Positions 40,420 through 52,138 of a DNA stretch of 64,000 bases are shown piece by piece. The stretch covers positions 248,001-312,000 of the forward strand of contig NIVC01000551.1 of the NCBI GenBank assembly GCA_002269645.1. The letters run 5' to 3'. A program made the position numbers and the translations under genes. The notes under the pieces are model-generated. The model was not told the DNA's origin, ran no database searches, and saw only the letters and a list, made by a program, of their open reading frames with translations. Source of the stretch: Macrostomum lignano (taxonomy: Eukaryota). Position 1 is the stretch's first letter. Every line of letters starts with the position of its first letter.

Positions 40420-40792
40420 CTGACGTTCCTGACAATCCAAACTGACGTTCCTGACAACCCAAACTAACGTTCCTGACAACCCAAACTGATATTCCTGACA
40501 ATCCAAACTGACGTTCCTGACAACCCAAACTAACGTTCCTGACAACCCAAACTGACGTTACCGACAACTCAAACTGATATTCCTGACAACCCAAACTGAT
40601 ATTCCTTACAACCCAAACTGACGTTCCTGACAACCCAAACTGACGTTCCTGACAACCCAATCTGACGTTCCTGACAACCCAAACTGATATTCCTTACAAC
40701 CCAAACTGATAGTCCTTACAACCCAAACTGACGTTCCTGACAACCTAAACTGACGTTCCTGACAATCCAAACTGACGTTCCTGACAACCCAA
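40420..40792 (+). repeat. 22-bp minisatellite CTGACGTTCCTGACAACCCAAA
   Basis: About 17 tandem units. Confidence 0.95.
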
Positions 40793-41515
40793 ACGGGACC
40801 AAAGTGACTTAAGTTGTGTTTCTGAGTAAAGGAGTCAGTAGAGAATCTAAACAGGTGCATATAGTCAGAGTTGCTGACTTTTTCGATTTTCGTTTTCACT
40901 AATCTTTACTGTTTTTTCTATTTCTATAACTGACGCAGCACAAAGTTAACGATCTGACGACAACAGGTAGTTCCGGGTGGACTTGCACGCTTTACAAGTC
41001 TAAGGATTCTGAATGAAGTTCTGAAATGAGACTTAACTGCTACTCCAAATGCCACTTGTGTTAGCCAACAGTTTGTCCTGACCCAGGAAACTTATCTATT
41101 GATTTGAGATTTTGGATCTCTAAAGAATCAAAAGGTTATTGGGAAGTTTTATCCAAGTGTAAGCGTCTCCAGTGACATGTGTCGAACGCTCAACCAACTT
41201 GAGTTGAAAAGCGATTTTCTAAAGTTTGAGTCAACATCGAAACACTGTGAATTATCGGGAGGCCTTACCGTTTGATAGTTGCAACAATAATTTTCAAACG
41301 GTAAACACCACGTGGTCCACTAAGCATGGAAGGTCAACTTGATGCTCAAGGTACAACACTCCTTCTTACAGGGCAGTACCTTCTGGGTCATCAGTATTAT
41401 GGTACTGCCTGGTTTGATGATTTCTATTTAAAACTTTGACTTTGACGAGCTGTATTGGGGGAGGAATTCCGGTCTCAAATCATTGTAAGGATCACCAGCG
41501 GCTTCCAGTGAGGCA

Positions 41516-41988
41516 ATGTCGACCTACTCTGCAGCAGGCTGTTGCAACTGCGTGAAAAAACGGAACGACTGCGAAAACTGCGCGTAAGATATGGATTCAC
41601 TGTTCGACGTTTATTCGGCGATTAATTTTATTTTTCAACTTTCAAGCTTATCAACTTTGAAAATTTCAGACGGACCAAGGCTTACGTTGCTTGGCAGAAT
41701 ACTAAGCTGGGTCCTCACGAGCAGCAGAGGCCTCCCTGCTGCTACATTCATCACGGGAAGAACCTCACTGATGGCATGTGCTGCTATCCAGTTACCTGTC
41801 CAGTCTGCAATAAGTATCACAGGTTTGTGCAACCCGTTTTGATAGACTTCCAAAGACGGCTCTGCGCTTAAAATCAATTGTCTATGTAAATTTTTTTCAG
41901 CTTCTTTTTTCCGGACGGGGTAAATCAACGACCTTATCCACATTGTTGCTGCAAGCACTACAGCAAGTCGACGAATTATAAAAATTGA
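41516..41988 (+). CDS. Double-module Cys/His gene C1 (102 aa)
   Basis: Exons 41516-41583, 41670-41822, 41901-41988, both introns phase 2. MSTYSAAGCCNCVKKRNDCENCARTKAYVAWQNTKLGPHEQQRPPCCYIHHGKNLTDGMCCYPVTCPVCNKYHSFFFPDGVNQRPYPHCCCKHYSKSTNYKN. Confidence 0.8.
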
Positions 41989-42394
41989 TTATCACTCACG
42001 ATTAACACTGACTAAAGATATTAATTAATGATTCAATAATGACCTTGATGTGTGCTCGATGCGTTAAATGCATGACCTATTCATGCCTTGTTTTTGTCTC
42101 TATGAAAAATAAATTGGCCTGAAGTTAAAGTCACCCACTTCAACTAACTACAACTCAGTCGTTTAAAGTCCAAAAGTGTCATCAGCTACTCAGTTGTTGC
42201 ACGAAGTCTAGTTGCGTACACACGTGCGTACACACACTCCTACGCGGTAGATTCCTGTTCTATTTTTAGAAATGATGTCCATATTATTCCGAGAGAGCGC
42301 ACAAAACGCTTTGAGAAAAATACCGGCCGGGGTAACAACTGCCTGAGGGAATGCCACAGCTTACGAGTATAATAGACCACCCACCAAGTTTCTG

Positions 42395-42952
42395 ACAGTA
42401 GTGGGTCACGCTAGAGAGATTAGTGGGTCAAGCTAGCGATATTAGTGGGTCACGCTAGAGAGATTAGTGGGTCAAGCTAGCGATATTAGTGGGTCACACT
42501 AGATTAGTGGATCACACTAGAGAGAATAGTGCGCCATCTTATAGAGAGATTGGTGGGTCACACTAGAGAGAATAGTGGGTCACACTAGAGAGATTAGTGG
42601 GTCACACTAGATTAGTGGATCACACTAGAGAGAATAGTGCGCCATCTTATAGAGAGATTGGTGGGTCACACTAGAGAGATTAGTGGGTCACACTAGAGAG
42701 ATTAGTGGGTCACACTAGATTAGTGGGTCACACTAGAGAGAATAGTGCGCCATCTTATAGAGAGATTGGTGGGTCACACTAGAGAGAATAGTGCGCCATC
42801 TTATAGAGAGATTTGTGGGTCACACTAGAGAGATTAGTGGGTCACACTAGAGAGATTAGTGGGTCACACTAGATTAGTGGGTCACACTAGAGAGAATAGT
42901 GCGCCATCTTATAGAGAGATTTGTGGGTCACTCTAGAGAGACTAGTGGGTCA
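42395..42952 (+). repeat. 22-bp minisatellite TAGTGGGTCACACTAGAGAGAT with variants
   Basis: Tandem units with a recurring GTGCGCCATCTTATAG variant. Confidence 0.93.
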
Positions 42953-42994
42953 TGATTTATAAATGACGTAACTACAATAAATGATGAGGCAGTT

Positions 42995-43363
42995 CCCTGT
43001 ACCTGCCAACTATGCTACTTATTTAACCTCAATGTATTGCCCCATAAACATATTTCATTCTAACAGGTAAGCAAGTTTATGAATTTTTCATCTTTAAACC
43101 TACTAATAGCATCGTTATTAAGAGTCTACTTAACGGAAATTTCTTGCTACTGTTGTGTTTATAAAAGTCAAAGGTGCTCGCGATGTAGGAAGCAAATAAA
43201 GAAGGTTTGTCTAGAATTAAAGTCACAAAACTTAAGAGAAGTTAAATTTAATTTCAGGTTCATTAAAAACTATATCGTCTTGAAGAATAGCGAGTTATTA
43301 AATATTACCAACAGGCAGTGTGGATCAAGTATTACGATCGTACCATTTAAACCACAAAAGTGA
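42995..43363 (+). pseudogene. Possible degenerate Cys-module paralog G
   Basis: PCTCQLC before a GTAAGC donor at ~43068, and SCYCCVYKSQRCSRC within ORF 43079-43363. No convincing start codon. Confidence 0.35.
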
Positions 43364-43700
43364 AACGCAGAGCAAAAGAAAGTGCTGTAAAGAAAGAAAC
43401 TCCAAATCCAACTAAAAGAGGGAGGAGGTGTTAATTTTACGCAACAATTAAATTCCCATAAATTAATTTAACTGGATGCAATAAAAACATAATCGATATT
43501 TTACTTACTTATGAAGCTGCCGGTATCTCAAAACTATACTTTCTAAGTACTTTTAAGCTCTTGTGAAACGTCTCAACAGGGTACTTCCCTGTGATCACGC
43601 GTTTACATGTATACATAAACTGTGAACGACATGGCAGTTCATAGAAAAAAACTTTGACTGCCCACGTTAAGTTAAGTTATAATTTAGACACTGTCTACTA

Positions 43701-44770
43701 ATGAAGTGCTGCAAAGAGCTCTGCTGCAGCGAATGCTCGTGAGTCACTATCGAGGTATCTTGGTTGGTTGTCTGACAGGCTAGGGTATAATATGGCTTGT
43801 CCACAGGTGTAACTAAGTTTGGTCTAACAGGTATTAACCTTCATCTAACAGGTATTAACATTTATCTAACAGGTATTAACGTTCATCTAACAGGTATTAA
43901 CCTTCATCTAACAGGTATTAACATTTATCTAACAGGTATTAACGTTCATCTAACAGGTATTAACCTTCATCTAACAGGTATTAACCTTCATCTAACAGGT
44001 ATTTACCTTCATCTAACAGGTATTAACCTTCGTCTAACAGGTATTAACCTTCATCTAACAGGTTTATTAACCTTCATCTAACAGGTATTTACCTTCATCT
44101 AACAGGTATTAACCTTCCTCTAACAGGTGTATTAACCTTCATCTAACAGGTTTATTAACCTTCATCTAACAGGTATTTACCTTCATCTAACAGGTTTATT
44201 AACCTTCATCTAACAGGTATTTACCTTCATCTAACAGGTGTATTAACCTTCATCTAACAGGTATTTACCTTCATCTAACAGGTGTATTAACCTTCATCTA
44301 ACAGGTATTGACCTTTATCTAACAGGTATTAACCTTCATCTAACAGGTATTAACCTTCCTCTAACAGATATCAGCCTTGATCTAACAGGTGTTTACCTTG
44401 ATTTAGCAGGTATCCTGAATCCTAAACTACATATGCATATATATTACGCAACGCAATCTCAACGCAGAAGAATCGAAGATTACGCCATCATGCGCAATGT
44501 TCGAAGACCCTGCTGCTGCAGACACGCCCGCAGGTGCTGGTTTCATCCAGATGATCTGTTTTCCTGCTGCTACAACCGCTGGTGCGAGCTCTGCTATGAA
44601 CGAAATTGGTAAGTTAACTGATTAAGCAATCATTTCCTAAAGATGCTCAAGCTGAAAACCTGCATCTTGAACTTGTAAATTTCAGCTTCGACGGTCCCAG
44701 AAGACGGAACAGTAGAAACGGCTATCCTCATTGCTGTTGCAAGCACCACTTTTATGAGTACGAGAGCTGA
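43701..44770 (+). CDS. Double-module Cys/His gene C3 (87 aa)
   Basis: Exons 43701-43738, 44468-44608, 44686-44770, both introns phase 2. MKCCKELCCSECSRIEDYAIMRNVRRPCCCRHARRCWFHPDDLFSCCYNRWCELCYERNCFDGPRRRNSRNGYPHCCCKHHFYEYES. Confidence 0.8.
43815..44412 (+). repeat. 21-bp intronic minisatellite CTAACAGGTATTAACCTTCAT
   Basis: Tandem units in C3 intron 1; shorter array at ~38990-39115. Confidence 0.95.
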
Positions 44771-45342
44771 GAATTGAAATGCAGGACAACTGATGAATGG
44801 CTGGATAAATGAGTTAACACAAAAAACAGTGATTTCGAATTAATTAAGTCATATATGTGTTCCATAATTCTATTTTGATTTACTAGCTGTTAAAATCGGC
44901 TTTAAACACGGTAGATCCCAGTTCTATTTTTAGCCTTGAGCGAGGTCCAATTTCTATTTCTATCACATACTTTCTTATGTACTTTATTTTTGTTAAATGC
45001 ACGAAATTTTACTAAATATTTACTGCATTTTCTATACGTGATCTTTGATTTACGGTGTTTAAAGGTTATTTTTTAAATCAACTTGCTAATTTTGTTCGTC
45101 CATCACTTGAACGAAATTTAAAAAATACGAGTCATTTTTAGAGCTTTGCATTTCTTTGAGTACTCATATTGTCTATTCGGGGTGGTTAAAACAGTGGGAA
45201 AAGGTAAATAGATTGTTGTGGAAAGGGACAGATATCTGTAGAATGAGGTAGATCCCTGTAGTATGAGGTACATCCTTGTTGAATAGGGTAGATACCTGTA
45301 GCATAGGGGTAGATCCCTGGAGAATGGGTAGATCGTGTCGGA

Positions 45343-46300
45343 ACGAGGTTGATCAAGGGTAGAACGAGGTTGATCAAGGGTAGAACGAGGTTGATCAAGG
45401 GTAGAACGAGGTTGATCAAGGGTAGAACGAGGTTGATCAAGGGTAGAATGAGGTTGATCAAGGGTAGAACGAGGTTGATCAAGGGTAGAACGAGGTTGAT
45501 CAAGGGTAGAACGAGGTTGATCAAGGGTAGAATGAGGTTGATCAAGGGTAGAACGAGGTTGATCAAGGGTAGAATGAGGTTGATCAAGGGTAGAACGAGG
45601 TTGATCAAGGGTAGAACGAGGTTGATCAAGGGTAGAATGAGGTTGATCAAGGGTAGAATGAGGTTGATCAAGGGTAGAATGAGGTTGATCAAGGGTAGAA
45701 GGAGGTTGATCAAGGGTAGAATGAGGTTGATCAAGGGTAGAATGAGGTTGATCAAGGGTAGAACGAGGTTGATCAAGGGTAGAACGAGGTTGATCAAGGG
45801 TAGAACGAGGTTGATCAAGGGTAGAATGAGGTTGATCAAGGGTAGAACGAGGTTGATCAAGGGTAGAATGAGGTTGATCAAGGGTAGAACGAGGTTGATC
45901 AAGGGTAGAACGAGGTTGATCAAGGGTAGAATGAGGTTGATCAAGGGTAGAATGAGGTTGATCAAGGGTAGAATGAGGTTGATCAAGGGTAGAAGGAGGT
46001 TGATCAAGGGTAGAATGAGGTTGATCAAGGGTAGAATGAGGTTGATCAAGGGTAGAATGAGGTTGATCAAGGGTAGAATGAGGTTGATCAAGGGTAGAAC
46101 GAGGTTGATCAAGGGTAGAACGAGGTTGATCAAGGGTAGAATGAGGTTGATCAAGGGTAGAATGAGGTTGATCAAGGGTAGAATGAGGTTGATCAAGGGT
46201 AGAAGGAGGTTGATCAAGGGTAGAATGAGGTTGATCAAGGGTAGAATGAGGTTGATCAAGGGTAGAACGAGGTTGATCAAGGGTAGAATGAGGTTGATCC
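45343..46300 (+). repeat. 21-bp minisatellite GGTAGAA(C/T)GAGGTTGATCAAG
   Basis: About 45 near-perfect units; 21-bp period explains the long spurious ORFs. Confidence 0.97.
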
Positions 46301-46775
46301 CGGTAGAACGCGGCACTGGTTTTGGGCAATAATCAGTTTATTTCCCAGCCGCAGGCGGATTTCGTAAGAAGTCATGAAGATCTCTATAAAATTAAAAGAT
46401 TGATTAATTAAATCTCTTTTACCATCATAACAAGGCATAACTGATGTTCCTGGCAACCCAAACACCCAGTGACCCAGAGTGTGTCTCTAAGGAGTCTAAG
46501 TAAATGAGTCGCAGCAGGTGCTTTTAGTCAGCAGTTGCTATAATTGTTAATTTTCGTTTTCACTGTTACATCTGTAATGTTTTTCTTTATATTTATAAAA
46601 GTGACGCAACACAAAACTAATGTTGCTGCTGCTGTTACAATCTTGCAACGGGTAGTTCCTGGTGGACTCGCACGCTTTTACCAGGAGCTACCGCATATCA
46701 GCAGATGCTTATATCGCTTTAATTGTTGGTTTATGGCCACTGAGTCTGATCCAAGTTCTATTCTCAACAGAGGAA

Positions 46776-47285
46776 ATGTCTGAAAAAAGGGAGAAAATTT
46801 GCTGTCCCTGCGTTGAAAAGAATTCGAATACCAGGTGCCAGATGTGCCTGTAAGTAAATTCTAACTTTCTTCTATGGTATCATTCTAAAATACAGAACTT
46901 TCTGAGATCCAAATCTTCTTCTAAATTCTGAAATGAAATTCTAAAATTCTAAAGTTTTGAAATGAGACTCCATTGCTGCTCCAATTTTTTTCAGTCGAAT
47001 GAGAGCATACATCACTTGGCAGAATGAGAAACTGGGGACAGCCGATGCCCTGAGATTCTCGTGTTGCTATATTCACCACGCGCAGGATAGGCTGAATGAG
47101 AATGGCTGCTGCAAGGCGGGCTGCACAGTTTGCAGAAGATATCGAAGGTAGGCCGAATTGATTCTCAGTACATTCGCCAGATTTTTTATCAGACAAAGCG
47201 CCAGTCTAAAAATATGCATTTCAGTTACCTATGCTGCTACTGCTGCTGCCACCACTGCTTTGCCGCTCAGCATGATAAACAGTAG
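46776..47285 (+). CDS. Double-module Cys/His gene C2 (95 aa)
   Basis: Exons 46776-46849, 46995-47147 (153 nt, same as C1), 47225-47285. MSEKREKICCPCVEKNSNTRCQMCLRMRAYITWQNEKLGTADALRFSCCYIHHAQDRLNENGCCKAGCTVCRRYRSYLCCYCCCHHCFAAQHDKQ. Alternative acceptor at 47192. Confidence 0.78.
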
Positions 47286-47917
47286 CTAAAAGGAAAGTGA
47301 AGACGTTCGATTCAGTGAATCAGCGTCAAATACATTTGTTATTCCTAATACCGCCTGTGTTATCCAAACAGCTAAAGATGACAAATGTTACTTGTGATGT
47401 TCGACTTCTTTAAACAGATTTTAATGTGTGTCCTCATCTGTGTGCTTCATAAGGTGCTCATCTGTATTTCTCTCTAATGAAAAATAAATTGGCCAACAAT
47501 TTCTACATGGGGTTAAAAAGTGGCCCAAAAAGTCACTCACTTTAACGATCTACAGTGCACTCATACCTACGCGGTAGATTCCTGTTCTATTTTTAGAAAG
47601 GATGTCCATATTTCTTTAAGAAGGAGCGCGTACGCGCTTGTAAACACGTTTTGAGTAAAAAATGTAACTGGCCTGAAGGAATGCCGCACAGCTTGTTAGC
47701 TGACCGCTTATTTTACCGCCTATTATAGGTACTAAGTTTCTGTTCGCATTTTCACGTTTATTTCAACTAAATATTAAAAATTTGATGTCAATATATATGT
47801 GATAGATTAGAGAAAAAATTTCAACTAAATTTGTAGAGTGATGGCCTAATTTTATTGTACACGGTTCACACTTTAATAGACTGCTAGCCGCAACCAACTT
47901 TGCTTAACTTGCAGCCC

Positions 47918-47975
47918 AAAGATGCGCCGTGCAATAGCTGCTGCTGAGCTGTCGGTTGCACATCTGCCCATTAAG
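47918..47975 (+). mobile_element. 3' fragment of the CORE-type SINE
   Basis: AGATGCGCCGTGCAATAGCTGCTGCTGAGCTGTCGGTTGCACATCTG matches ~50450-50496. Confidence 0.7.
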
Positions 47976-48054
47976 ACAGTTTTAGTTAATTATTTTAATT
48001 AAATCTTCGCTGTAAGGATCAACATAAATTTAAGCATATGATAAAATTTTTCAG

Positions 48055-48154
48055 TGAATTTTACCACAATGGAAACCATAGACAATCTCCGCACTGCTGT
48101 TGCTACCATTTCTACTGCCATCAGTGCCAGACTCCGAGCTGCTCAGTTCTATGA
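48055..48154 (+). pseudogene. Orphan terminal exon H
   Basis: Phase-2 TTTTTCAG acceptor; EFYHNGNHRQSPHCCCYHFYCHQCQTPSCSVL*, homologous to exon 3 of C1, C3 and C6. Confidence 0.6.
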
Positions 48155-48462
48155 GATCATTGAGTTCAGGAACTGCTGCCTCCATCAGTTTGACTAATCT
48201 AATGAGAATTGTTTTTTTTTCTTTTTTTTGACTCGATCATTGACTTTTTAGCTTTGAAGTGCATTCTTTATTTTGCAAGAATTGTAACCTATGGATTAGC
48301 GACCAACAGGTGAATACAGCTGTTCCCTAACAATAAACTCATCGACTGAGACTCACAAAAGGACTTACTAATTCACTCATCGACTTGCTCTTCAACTCAC
48401 CCAATCTCTAAGCTAAATAGATCATAAAATGCTTGTAAAAACCATGCCCATGACAAACCCTA

Positions 48463-49090
48463 CGATTAGGGTCATACAGCAGTCACATTAGGGTCATGAA
48501 GCAGTCACGTTAGGGTCATACAGCAGTCACATTAGGGTCATGCAGCAGTCACGTTAGGGTCATACCGCAGTCACATTAGGGTCATGAAGCAGTCACGTTA
48601 GGGTCATACAGCAATAACAGTGGGTCATACAGCAGTCACGTTAGGGTCATACAGCAGTCACGTTAGGGTCATACAGCAATAGCAGTGGGTCATACAGCAG
48701 TCACGTTAGGGTCATGCAGCAGTCACGTTATGGTCATACAACATTAACAGTGGGTCATGCAGCAGTCTTGTTAGGGTCATACAGTAGTCATGTTAGGGTC
48801 ATACAGCAGTCATGTTAGGGTCATACAGCAGTCATGTTAGGGTCATGCAGCAGTCTTGTTAGGGTCATACAGTAGTCATGTTAGGGTCATACAGCAGTCA
48901 TGTTAGGGTCATACAGCAGTCATGTTAGGGTCATGCAGCAGTCATGTTAGGGTCATACAGCAGTCACGTTAGGGTCATGCAGCAGTCGTGTTCTGGTCAT
49001 GCAGCATTCACGTTAGGGTCATGCAGCAGTCTTGTTAGGGTCATGCAGCAATCATGTTAGGGTCATGCAGCAGTCATGTTAGGGTCATGA
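48463..49090 (+). repeat. 22-bp minisatellite GTTAGGGTCATACAGCAGTCAC
   Basis: About 28 units, most containing TTAGGG. Confidence 0.95.
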
Positions 49091-49293
49091 ACCGTTCACA
49101 GTTTGTGAGGTGTTTTTGCCTGTTGCTGAATAAGGTACTGGCTCAACGGGATCCATGAATTGAAACTGAGGTAAGGAGGTACTGCCTAATAATCTGATGG
49201 ATATAAAAAGTTTTGCTTCCCAGTGGAAGTATCAATTGATTTAGCTACCTTGTTCCAACTACAATCTGTTGAGTGATTTAACTCATAATTGAA

Positions 49294-50248
49294 ATGCCAA
49301 TCTGCTGTCCTTGCGTTGGACACCGAAGATGCGTTCGCTGCAAGTGAGTAGCTGCGTGTGAGTAGCTGCGTGTGAGTAGCTGCGTGTGAGTAGCTGCGTG
49401 TGAGTAGCTGCGTGTGAGTAGCTGCGTGTGAGTAGCTGCGTGTGAGTAGCTGCGTGTGAGTAGCTGCGTGTGAGTAGCTGCGTGTGAGTAGCTGCGTGTG
49501 AGTAGCTGCGTGTGAGTAGCTGCGTGTGAGTAGCTGCGTGTGAGTAGCTGCGTGTGAGTAGCTGCGTGTGAGTAGCTGCGTGTGAGTAGCTGCGTGTGAG
49601 TAGCTGCGTGTGAGTAGCTGCGTGTGAGTAGCTGCGTGTGAGTAGCTGCGTGTGAGTAGCTGCGTGTGAGTAGCTGCGTGTGAGTAGCTGCGTGTGAGTA
49701 GCTGCGTGTGAGTAGCTGCGTGTGAGTAGCTGCGTGTGAGTAGCTGCGTGTGAGTAGCTGCGTGTGAGTAGCTGCGTGTGAGTAGCTGCGTGTGAGTAGC
49801 TGCGTGTGAGTAGCTGCGTGTGAGTAGCTGCGTGTCAGTTTATCTGAATTTCGATGTCTTCCATTTTTGAAAAAAAAACGTTTCAGAATTATGATGAAAT
49901 ACATCAAATGGCAAAAAAAAAACTGGGCGTGAGCATGAGAACCCAGTGCTGGTGCTGCTATCTTCATCACGAGCAGAATATTCTGGCTGATGACGGTTGC
50001 TGCAAAAAAAAATGCAGTGTCTGCAACAACAACCGCAGGTGAGCGCAAAAAGATACTCGTATTTTGAAGTTAGCTCATTTTTTTAGGTTTTAGCTCGTAG
50101 ATATTATATAGCCAACTTAGCAACAACGAAAAATTGTAAATTTACCCCTTTCAGCAAGTACTTCTACAGCGGAAATCAACGCAAGAAGTACCGCAAATGC
50201 TGCTGCTACCATTACTTTCAAAGTCGCTATAGTGGGGTTGTAGCCTAG
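49294..50248 (+). CDS. Double-module Cys/His gene C6 (one 1-nt indel in an A-run)
   Basis: Exons 49294-49343, 49887-50038 (152 nt versus 153 in C1/C2; A10 run), 50155-50248. Corrected: MPICCPCVGHRRCVRCKIMMKYIKWQKKKLGVSMRTQCWCCYLHHEQNILADDGCCKKKCSVCNNNRSKYFYSGNQRKKYRKCCCYHYFQSRYSGVVA. Confidence 0.68.
49344..49833 (+). repeat. 14-bp tandem repeat GTGAGTAGCTGCGT x35
   Basis: Perfect units starting exactly at the C6 exon 1 donor. Confidence 0.97.
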
Positions 50249-50546
50249 TGGTTAGGGCGTTGGACTCACGACTTGAAGGTCGGGGGCTCGATTCCTGATC
50301 CCACTGCAACAATTGTGTCCTTGAGCAAGACACTCAACTCTGCACTGCTTCAGTTCACCCAGCTGTAAAATGGGTGCCAGCATTAGCTGGGTAATTGAGG
50401 GTGTGTGGAGACCCCCAGTCCTTGGACTGAACAGCCGTACGCAGCCTTCAGATGCGCCGCGCAATAGCTGCGGCTGAGCTGTCGGTTGCACATCTGGCCC
50501 AATTGGGCTGGTGTAATCAATTATTATTATTATTATTATTATTATT
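50232..50546 (+). mobile_element. tRNA-derived CORE-type SINE with (ATT)n tail
   Basis: A-box/B-box-like head, GTGTCCTTGAGCAAGACACTCAAC...CTGTAAAATGGG resembling the MIR CORE domain, and an (ATT)n tail. Confidence 0.85.
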
Positions 50547-51454
50547 TTAGTGTCAATGATTAAACAGCTACAGATCGACATGAATTTTTTGTCAACACAG
50601 CTAAAATTAATATGCTTTTTATTATGCTACTCCACAAAAGCTCTTCAAAGTTTTGGTACTGCCCCGAATATTTGTAAACGCGATAACAATAGCTTTTATA
50701 ATTTATCACTCGATCACTTTGGTTGCAGACAAGATTCACTTTTTCGATAATTATTTTCAAATTTAACCAATAAATAATGGACTGTCATATTGATTAAAGA
50801 AAGCGTACGTAAACAAATATAGAATTATTCAGAATGCATACGGTTTGACATTAGTATCTTTTCCAAATAATTTTTTCGTACTACATCAATATGAAAACGA
50901 AAAGTCTGAGAAACTTTAGTACAAAACAATTCAATCTTCTCACTAGGTGTCGTTTCGCTCGATTCCTGTTCTATTTTAATAAGTGACAAAGCCATGGTAC
51001 AGCTGTGTCTCCGCAACTATGAACATTTTTCACTCCAAAGGACAGAGGTAGCTATTTTGTATAGGGCTGGCGGTAGTTCCCCGGTTCTATTTTTAGCCAT
51101 GGCGCATTCGCCTACTATAGAATATGTCTAATGTTTTGCACTGTTAAACTTTATTTATAGCGTTTTAGTAAATACTAGCAATCTAGTGCGGCCCCCCTTC
51201 GGGGCGCCCAATAAGAAAGGAGCAAAAATAGTTCATGGAAAACAATAAAAAAACACATTTTCTTAAACACTAATTCCTTCTTCACATTTTAAAAATCACC
51301 TTATTCGTGTAAAATTGTCACGGACTAAGATGTTTGCAAAATTAAAAAATCACTTTTTCTCTAAAGTTAACAAACAGTCAACAAAATATTGTTTCCCTAA
51401 ATAGAAAATATTCCCAAGACAGCAAGCAACCCCCTCCAAAAGTGAACAATCGCA

Positions 51455-51615
51455 GATAGCAAGCATCCTCTAATGCTCATAGCAAGAATCACCACAGATA
51501 GCAAGCATCTGCAGATAGCAAGCACCCCCCAGATATTATAGAAGCATCCACCCAGATAGCAAGCATCCACCCAGATAGCAAGCATTCTGCAGATAGCAAG
51601 CACCCCCCAGATATT
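51455..51615 (+). repeat. GATAGCAAGCA-based ~20-bp repeats
   Basis: Several imperfect tandem units. Confidence 0.75.
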
Positions 51616-51731
51616 ATATTAAGATTGTGTCTTAAACATGTATATATTTTCATGTACCTTCAATTTTTGTTTTTTTGTGTCCTCGATTTATTTATTAGCA
51701 TTCCTCAGTTTTCTTTTCCGGCGTTCATAAT

Positions 51732-52138
51732 GTGTCTCTGATGTTGATTGAATGTGTGCTCAATATATGGCATATTGATCTGTGCTCAGTGTGTCTTTGA
51801 TGTTGATTGAATGTGTGCTCAATATATGGCATATTGATATGCCCTCAGTGTGTCTTTGATGTTGATTGAATGTGTGCTCAATATATGGCATATTGATCTG
51901 TGCTCAGTGCGTCTCTGATGTTGATTGAATGTGTGCTCAATATATGGCATATTGATCTGTGCTCAGTGCGTCTCTGATGTTGATTGAATGTGTGCTCAAT
52001 ATATGGCATATTGATCTGTGCTCAGTGCGTCTCTGATGTTGATTGAATGTGTGCTCAATATATGGCATATTGATCTGTGCTCAGTGCGTCTCTGATGTTG
52101 ATTGAATGTGTGCTCAATATATGGCATATTGATGTCCT
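51732..52138 (+). repeat. 57-bp tandem repeat x7
   Basis: Unit GTGTCTCTGATGTTGATTGAATGTGTGCTCAATATATGGCATATTGATCTGTGCTCA, with no unique spacers. Confidence 0.95.

Noticed and set aside
45118-46332. STLDQPH / LPLINLI / LIKGRTR repeat ORFs
   Set aside because: 21-bp minisatellite open on both strands, with no non-repeat coding context.
50232-50305. tRNA gene
   Set aside because: The tRNA-like sequence is a SINE head, followed by the CORE block and an (ATT)n tail.
51732-52138. CRISPR-like array (also the 20-22-bp arrays at 39.6-49.1 kb)
   Set aside because: Head-to-tail repeats without unique spacers, no cas genes, eukaryotic context.
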